46,692 nt of DNA from Paramecium tetraurelia. Its lineage: Eukaryota. The notes beneath the pieces are model-generated. The model saw only the letters and a program-made list of their open reading frames with translations. It had not been told where the DNA came from and ran no database searches. Location of the stretch: NCBI GenBank assembly GCA_000165425.1, contig CT868074.1, forward strand, positions 558,001-604,692, written 5' to 3'. Shown piece by piece: positions 38,322 through 46,692 of the stretch; the first letter of the stretch is position 1; the number at the start of each line of letters is the position of its first letter. A program made the translations under genes and the position numbers.

Positions 38322-41300
38322 ATGCACTAACACGATTAGAATCAAGGTTCTTTATTCTTATAAATTTAAGCTAACATTAATTTCAATTTGCAATACACGT
38401 TAGAAGATGAACATTATTACTAATTACCAAAGTTGATTGTTGGAAATTTTAAAGGTAAAAGAACTCACAATAATGTAAACATTGTTTTATCCTTTTAGTA
38501 TAAGCAGGATATATAGAAGTTAGATGATGATTTAAAGGATATTGCAGAGACAACTGTTCTTAAACTTAAAGACTATGCTAAAGTTTGGGATGTTGACTCT
38601 TATGATCAATAATAAAGATATTACTTCAACATTCCACCAACAAGTTTCTTACATAAAATCAAAGAATTTGAATTACCTAAAAACTTTTAAGCTGTAAGAT
38701 TTTGAATTTAATCATTTAAGTATGAATATAATGCTGTAGCGAAATTATCGGAAAAACAAATTCAATAAATGAAGGAAACTGGAACTTTTGAAGTTCCCTC
38801 GAGATAATTTCCAATTCCATATGTTTGGTAGATTTCATCTTGGGTAATTAAAGGTACAGAATTAGATTTTATCAAAGGAATTTAAAACATTGAAACTTCA
38901 AAATATTTGGATCTTGCTAGAGCATATAAAGCATACAGAACTTGGCTAGCCTATATTGCTTAGGATAGAGATGATCTTGGAAGAAATATATCACTTCGAT
39001 CCGCTATATATAATATAGGCATTGTAATTATTCTTATATATTCATAGAGACCATTAGTGATATTTTCTATATTTTTTGGATTTAAAGAGATGTATTCTTA
39101 CGTAGATGAACAAAAATTATTAGCTCTGATTGAAACATAAAGATAGTTTGAATTGAAGTAATTACAGAATGTCAATGTTGAATTATATAAATATTTAAAA
39201 CTGAACCCTTATGATAAGGAAAATTTACTAGCCAAATAAAAATATGAAGACTTATAATAATGTTAAAACGAATTTGAAATTGAAAGAAATGGAATCAGGT
39301 TGCAAATGCAAAGCATATATGATATTCAAATAGAAAAGAAAACTTTACTACAAGCTGAAGATGAAGAGATTGTGGAGTAACACTAATATTTACAAGAATA
39401 AATAAATTAATTGTAATGCGATTTTGTGAAAAAATATAATCTATATATAGATAAGAATATTGACATAACAATCTAGATTGAATAAGCAGCATATTCAGCT
39501 CAAAAATAGTTTTGGGAAAAAACAAAATATCCTAAACCTATTGTCTATTAACTTATTTCCTTAGGAGATTGCTTAAGACTTTACGATTATCATTATGAAA
39601 TTTATTAGACAAAATGTAATACAGCAATAAAAACCTTTAAGGAATAGATAAAACAAAAACATAAAATAAAATCCAATTTCCCAAAATTTGTAGAGGAAGA
39701 AACTCGAAAATTCAAGAAGGATGTGAAAAAATAACTCAAATAATAATTTGTGTCAAATTTTATAGCAGATATGAAATAATTAAATTTGTCTGAATAATAG
39801 GTTTATGAGTAATTTTAATAATGCAAAAAATAGATGAGGGAAAATTTTAAGCAAATGAGAAGTCAAAAGAAAATAGAAAATAAAGAGCCTTCGATTAAAA
39901 TTGTTGTGTATCAATTTCATTTTAAATTAGCTAAAAACGATTATTTCCTCCATATGAAGTTTATTAAGAAAGAGATAGATATTATTTGAGAAGATTTAAA
40001 GATTACCATATTGATTCTTCCAAAGCTGGCTGGAAGCTTAAATTAATAGGGATAAGATATTATGTTTGGACAGTTAACATTATATTTTGGTTAAGTGCAA
40101 ATGCTGTTTCTGGGCCTATCGGAATTAAGGCTTTGATAAAATCGGAAAAATTTAAACCAGATGTTGTAATAGATTCAACAACAGGTAAAGTCAAGCCTTC
40201 AAATTTTACTGTTACACCCTTGATAGTAAAGTTTTTTTCTGTATTAGAAGGAATGAGAAACTCCAGATGTCACTTTGAAGGTAGTCCTGATACTGGTTTG
40301 TTTGGAAAAAATTTATATAGGGTTTTTAACTTAATAGAAGTCTATATATTTAGATTTTTATTAGTTGGCGTTATTGGAGTTATAATTATTTTACCAACTA
40401 TTATTATATCTAATGTGGTAATATCTACTTTATTGGCATTAACTGCTTGGCTTTGGATACCTATAACCATAATTATTAGAATCCTGTTTAATTCATTAAT
40501 TTACGATACAGATGTATGTCGAAGAAGAGAAAAAGATATTATTTGGAGATCTCCAAATTGGTTTCCATTAATCATCAATATTTTTGATTTTTTAATTTTA
40601 GGAATTTTAAACACAATTTATTGCTTATTTAAATTGCTAATATGGCATCCCTTTTGGATAACATTTATGGCCGCATTTGCTTATCTTAGATTTTACACAA
40701 GATCGCTCTATGATTCATTTACTATTATTATTATCAAACTAATGGGTAGAGTTCCATCCTCAGAAAACAACATAGCTTGGAAAATCTCTGGGCCTGGATT
40801 ATCAAGATAATATTTTTACGGAGTATTTAAAATTTTTAAATAAGATCTAATTACCTTAAGTATTGATTTTAGTTCAAGCAGAGTTAGAGAAAAAGATGCT
40901 AAATCTCTACAAACAAAATTTAATAAATCTAATCAACAGACCATCATAAGATCTAAGGTAAAAAATTAACCCTTTTTTCTAATTATTTAATGTAAAAAAA
41001 TATCGAATTCATCTAGGCATAATTTTCTTTTGATGATCCAGCTTGCGGATATTTGACCAATTAATTAAATAAATAAATAGAGGAAAGATTAAGCCTATTT
41101 CCAAAGCTGAATCATTAAATTAGGTTTTCTGAAGATGAATTAAAGTACATTTTAAAATAGGTTAAATCTTTTGTTGAAAAAGTAAATAATTTTAAAGGAT
41201 ATGAAATCTTACATTTGGGATTCTTATCAGGTTTAGAAAGGGGACTATAATTTATTAAGTGAAAAGATTATGGCTGCAATATTTGGTTCTGCTGTTCTTG

Positions 41301-41637
41301 ATCCATTCGAAGATTTAGAAATGAGATTTTAGCTCGTATTCTAATTATGTTATCTTAGAATATTTCTTAAAACTTTGATTTTATTAGTAAAGTTGATAAA
41401 GCTTTAGACGGGAACATATTATTTCAGCTACCAACTGATTATACAATCTAACCTAAAAAATTAGGAGAGAATAATGTTATTTAAAAAAAATTTATTTCTT
41501 ATTAGCAAGTAATCCTTTTTATTATTTAGGTCTTACAAAATGTATGGAATTGGCAAAGTTTAAAGTAAAGTTAAAGTTCTTTAAATTCCAAAAGAAATAG
41601 ATGTTTAATAAATTATAGTATAGATCCAAAATAGTGA
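38322..41637 (+). CDS. Large uncharacterised multi-pass membrane protein (boundaries approximate)
   Basis: Long code-6 frame with many mini-introns. Hydrophobic cluster at 40040-40740 (FLLVGVIGVIIILPTIIISNVVISTLLALTAWLWIPITIII) flanked by FEGSPDTGLFGK and GRVPSSENNIAWKISGPGLS. Confidence 0.65.
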
Positions 41638-41924
41638 ATTATTATTAAAAGCATTGTTATTAAAATTATTTTATCACATTTAAAGGGGCAATTTCAGTAG
41701 TAAATTTTATATAGTAACTCAATCGATACTATTCAAATTAAACATAATAATTTAGCTTTGATTGTTATTAAATGAACCTATTTTTAAAGTGTTTTTTAGA
41801 TACAACTTTATTTAAAACATTATTGTAAGAAAAAGCATATACTAATTTATTGGTTTGAAAAATTACCATTTGAAAAATAATTCTAAATAATTCAAAAACA
41901 TTAAATTTTTATTATTTAATTAAT

Positions 41925-42731
41925 ATGTTTTATTATGGTTAACTAGTTATTGGGCCTGCAGGAAGCGGGAAAACTTCATATTGTAATATTTTACAAGAAG
42001 GATCTTTTAAGAGAAACATTCAAGTTGTTAATTTAGATCCTGCTGCTGAGTATATCCCCTATAAATGTGCAATTGATATTCGAGAATTAATATGTTTAAG
42101 TGATGTAATGGAAGAATTTGAATATGGTCCAAATGGTGGTTTAGTCTATTGTATGGAATATTTATTATAAAATTGGGATTGGATGCAAGATCAATTAAAC
42201 AATATTGCTTAAGATGACTATGTTTTATTTGATTGTCCAGGATAAATAGAATTGTATTCTCACATTGATATGATGAGAAAGTTAACATAATTATTAGTGA
42301 ATTCTGGATTTTCAATAAGTTCTGTTTATTTGGTTGACATAAATTTTATTGAAGATGATGCTAAATTTTTATCTGGACTTTTAATGGCTTTGTCAGCCTC
42401 GATGACTTTGGAATTACCTGCGTTTACTGTGCTTTCTAAATGTGATCTTATGAAGGACAAAAAGAAACTAAAGAGATACACAAAGCTTCATAAATTTAAT
42501 GAAGAAAGCGAGTATATAAATCAAGATGAATTTTCTAAAACTTATAAGTCTTTTACTTCAGGCATAAGTGAGTTGGTTACTAGTTTTGGAATCGGAAGGC
42601 TTTTATGTCTAGATACAACTGATGATGAAAGTATTGACAATATCTTAGGAGAAATTGATTACGCAATATAATTTGGAGATAATTTAGAACCAGATGATAA
42701 ATTATATGATTAAGCTGAATAATAATTATGA
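41925..42731 (+). CDS. GPN3: GPN-loop GTPase 3
   Basis: [55 protein letters not shown] and IDYAIQFGDNLEP. Intronless, 807 nt. Confidence 0.93.
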
Positions 42732-42783
42732 AGTGCATACTATAAAAATATTGCTATATATCTATATTTATTAGAATTAGTAT

Positions 42784-43764
42784 TCAAGCTAATTTACTAA
42801 TATCATTCATTACTTCATCCCAAGCATTTCCAAATTAGAATCCTTTTTAATATATCATATCTTAAGCTACTTAATCCCTTGCTTATACTAAATCCTACTT
42901 AGTTATATTCTACATTCCTTTAGATTTTAATAAGGATAATAATGAATTATCCTAATTTAAACTTGCCATTTCTTACAAATCCATCATATCTTAAAACCTA
43001 TTTTTATAATATTCCACGGTTGATTTCAAAGATTTATTGTCTTCATTAAAACTATGATTCTAAACCTTTAGTTTATGCACTTCCTCTTGCAATTTATCAA
43101 TCATTTTCATATAATTTTCTTTTAGAAATCGAAATTCATTAATGTACATCTCCTTCTCTTTATCTAAAGTTTGCTTTACTATTTCAAATTTCTCGCATTC
43201 CTATTAAAAAATTTACTTTTAGGATTCTAAAATTTTAATTTAATTTGTAAATTAAGCTATTTTTACACTTGTTTCCACCTCATTTTGTTATTTTAATTAT
43301 AATTATGCTTCTAACTGAACTATCCTACTTATGAATTGTTCATTAACTAATTTTATCTATTCCTTCAATGCAATTTCCTATTAACTAATTAATTATTCAT
43401 TTTTTTATTATATCTATAAATATTCAATTTTTAATTTCTAATTTTCATTATTTAAGATTTTAATCTACTCTTCATAGAAAATATTTTATTTTTTAAGATT
43501 TTCCAATTATGCCTTTTTAGCTTCATTTTAAGAGATTTCCATTTACAGTTTATTTTCTCTCTCCTATAGAGAATATAACCATTGCAAATTTTTTTCATCC
43601 ATTTCTTTTTTTTTTATATCAATGTTCATTTTGTCTATTGAGTAATTCAACGAATTTAGTTGCTTCTTTTATTATTCGAAATTATTATTAATGCTGCTAA
43701 GATTACTCAACAGTGGTCCAATCTTCTCATACAAATCATAATTTCTTTAACTGTCTGTGCTCAT
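42784..43764 (-). CDS. Coiled-coil hypothetical protein (326 aa)
   Basis: 981-nt ATG..TGA span in code 6, Q/E/K-rich, ending FGNAWDEVMNDISKLA. Confidence 0.65.
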
Positions 43765-45401
43765 AAAAATTAACTTAATAAAAATATTGAAAATTCAAAT
43801 AATCAATACTCCTTTCCACGAAAATGTGATATAAAAATAAAGTTCAGATCTTACAATTTCGTGGGTAGTCCAAATTTTGCTACTAAACAGCGCCTTGCTA
43901 ATCATCTGAGAGTTTAGCAAAAGATGATAATCAATAAAACCAAATAAGAATCCAAGAGCATAGTCATTCTGAATAATTTAAGGCTAATTCTACATTAAAA
44001 AAGTAATCCGACTCAATTTTGAATGATAATATTCCAATACATAAACCATTAACTTGGAAGATAATATATTACTACTAATATTTGGAGTCAAATTGCTAGT
44101 AGAATATGAGAAAGAGTTACTTCATTTGATTATTATATTCTAGCAAAGTGATTATTAATGAAAATCTCGCACCAACTTAACTGTACTATTGATTACTCCT
44201 CTTTTGAAAAATTCCCATATTATATAGGTCAAAATTAATGGTTTCTTTATGCTCTTTAATTGTAGACAGTGGAGGTACACTATGTATCTTTTAATTACCA
44301 AAAGTCAAGTGAGCTTACTTAATCAATTATAAAATTATTTGAGACTCTCAAACATTACTTCAATCTCAAGTTGCACTCTTTAAGGAGACTAAATAATAGT
44401 AATAGTACAACTTTAGACAGCACTCCACTGTGTGTTTAGAGTATGTTTTATGACGATGACTACTTTGTTGATGTACGTTATCATTGTCTAATGAGTCTAG
44501 CAATTTTATCAAAACATCTCACACAATAGCTTTAGCAAATATTCCATTTTAATTTTTCACCTATAAAGTACCTATCGCTGATTTATATTGTTTGAGTAAT
44601 TTAAACTTGAAATTATACATGAAATACATACATTTAGATTTCAGATGAAAACATCCTCAAAACAAATGGTAATTTAGAAATTATTTATAGGAGTAAGAGC
44701 GTCCACACATTTGCAATATTCAGTTTCTAAAACGAAACATTTAAGCGAAGAAGTTTAAAACTAGTAGAATTCATGATGCATGGTATAGAGGAGCGTTAAA
44801 CAGGTGTAAAAGGTTTGATCTTCTCATTTAAATTTGAATGGTTTTTTGACCTTTTTTTTGATGGATATAGCACTTGAGTGCTTTACACTTGGTTGCATAT
44901 AATTTATTGTTAGAGGAAGACAATAAAATACAAGTTTTTAAGATAATTTCTCAGACAATTATTCATGTATACATTAAAAAATAGAGGGGACATTGGAGAG
45001 CATTAGGGGACTCCATTTTTAGAATGAAATTTTCTTACATATTGTTTGGATGTATAATATTTTATTGTGTATTGCTTGTAAAAATCTTAGCACAAATATT
45101 AATGCTTACATAAAATCGATAGCATAAACAAAAATGCATAAATACAAATTTGACAATATACATATATTTTTTCATTATATTAAAAATCCTTCATTAGAGA
45201 TAATTATCTTAAAATAAGTTTTATTATTAAACATGTTAAATATTTATCTTTAACTAATTTTCTAAATTAACATATTACCCTGCGTAAAAATTATTATTCT
45301 ATGCAATCACTTTTTATTTTCGTTTATATATATTCTGTTGATTGTGTGGATATTTTACGATTTTTAGATTGATTATAAATTACTTATTTGATATATTAAT
45401 T

Positions 45402-46443
45402 ATGGAATTATTTAAGGTTTCCAAAATCTAGAGTCAAATCAATAAAGAACTTTAGGTTTAAAGTATAGTTTTTTTAATTATGGAACTTACAAACTAATCA
45501 GGAATAATTTAGATAGAGAAGATCAAAAGAATTATATCAATTGCAAGCATATTGTAAAAGTAAAAAAAAAAAAAAAAGTGGGTTTTAATCAAAGAGTAAT
45601 ATTCTAATTAATTATAGTGAGTCAACAAAATAATTAAAGGAATTTAGAATAAGGAAGATTAAAAAATCATTGGAGACAAAGATAAATATTGTTTAGGTAA
45701 GTTAAGATTCAACATTAAAGAAAAACTTAAATGATTCTATATATGAGTCCTTCAAAGGTGTAATTAATGAAATTATTTGTTTTAGATAATACTCTAAATA
45801 AAATGGAGAGATTTGAAGAAGCTTTGGTGGATTATGATTTAGCAATTTTGAAAAATCCAGAAAATTCTCTATATTTTTTTAACAAAGGTATAATAATATT
45901 GATTATTTCTTTAGCTGGTACTCTAGATAAAATGTATAGATATGAGGAAGCTTTGGACAATTATGATTTAGCAATTTTGAAAAATCCAGAAAATTCTCTA
46001 TATTATTTTAACAAAGGTATAATACATATTGATTATTTCTTTAGCTGGTACTTTAGATAAAATGAAAAGATATGAGGAAGCTTTGAAAAATTATGATTTA
46101 GCAATTTTGAAAAATCCAGAAAATTCTCTATATTATTTTAACAAAGGTATAATACATATTGATTATTTCTTTAGCTGGTACTTTAGATAAAATGAAAAGA
46201 TATGAGGAAGCTTTGAAAAATTATGATTTAGCAATTTTGAAAAATCCAGAAAATTCTATATATTATTTTAACAAAGGTATAATAAATATTGATTATTTCT
46301 TTAGCTGGTACTTTAGATAAAATGATGAGATTTGAAGATGCTTTGAAAAATTATGATTTAGCTAGAGAAAAAAGCTTAGGTATTTCTGACTATTAGAATG
46401 GTAAAGGTAAGCTATCATTTAAAGACAAGCCAATTAAAAATGA
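45402..46443 (+). CDS. TPR-repeat protein with one TPR per 102-nt exon
   Basis: In-frame ATGs at 45402 and 45480. Introns at 45596-45617, 45758-45785, 45888-45914, 46017-46044, 46147-46174, 46277-46304 and probably 46407-46429. The unit AGTLDKMKRYEEALKNYDLAILKNPENSLYYFNK fits the TPR consensus (A8, Y17, A20, Y24, A27, P32). The 3' end is uncertain. Confidence 0.8.
45786..46406 (+). repeat. Tandem array of 129-130-nt exon+intron units (5 exons)
   Basis: Exons at 45786-45887, 45915-46016, 46045-46146, 46175-46276 and 46305-46406 are each exactly 102 nt. They are separated by near-identical introns of consensus GTATAATA(C/A/-)ATATTGATTATTTCTTTAG. Confidence 0.95.
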
Positions 46444-46692
46444 TTATCAAAATAATTGACAAATTTTAATTATTCTTAAAAATTATACTAAATAAATGAA
46501 AGAAATTTAGAAGATTTAGAAATCCTAATAGAGAAATTTATTTGAAATTTATATACACTATATAAAACATAAAACTTGGAGTATGATTTGATAATTGCAT
46601 CCATATGTCCGGTTTGGTTTTTGCAATCACACAAAAATAGCCCCCTTAAACCATGACCGAGAAGGCAAAAAATCCCCGACAGCGAATTCCGT

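Noticed and set aside
45786..46406. CRISPR-like repeat/spacer reading of the terminal array
   Set aside because: The 'repeats' are GT..AG introns and the 'spacers' are near-identical TPR exons. The context is eukaryotic and there are no cas genes.
46610..46623. Telomere-like GGTTTGGTTT
   Set aside because: It does not match tandem GGG(G/T)TT repeats and is too short.
46636..46666. U2 snRNA-like 5' string on the minus strand (CCTTCTCGG..TGG..TAAG)
   Set aside because: It lacks the branch-point recognition sequence GTGTAGTA and the downstream U2 structure.
1..46692. Apparent pseudogenisation or fragmented ORFs in the supplied track
   Set aside because: Artefact of using the standard code. 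With TAA/TAG read as Gln and 22-32-nt introns removed, the genes are intact.

Overview
AT-rich, gene-dense eukaryotic DNA with the hallmarks of a ciliate somatic (macronuclear) chromosome, most likely Paramecium. TAA/TAG read as Gln, only TGA terminates, introns are 22-32 nt GT..AG, and intergenic gaps are often about 20 nt. The supplied standard-code ORF track therefore fragments every gene, so I re-read the genes by hand in translation table 6. About 27 protein genes are supported. Well-recognised ones: PMCA Ca2+-ATPase, SulP/SLC26 transporter, BTF3/beta-NAC, LIS1, calcyphosin-like EF-hand protein, RSPH14, rhomboid protease, RPL37, AK7, glutamine synthetase and GPN3. More divergent ones: H-type lectin, Rad23-like UBL-UBA, secreted cystatin, MAP10-like, VPS9-domain, Rad9-like clamp, NCKX-like protein with degenerate ion-binding motifs, secreted beta/gamma-crystallin granule-type protein, and several coiled-coil or hypothetical proteins. 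The most unusual structure is at the right end, after about 1.6 kb without an intact gene. A TPR gene there is built from near-identical tandem cassettes, each one exact 102-nt exon (one 34-aa TPR) plus a 27-28-nt phase-1 intron, which suggests a modular exon-duplication or shuffling system. All family calls come from motif recognition by eye; no database searches were run.
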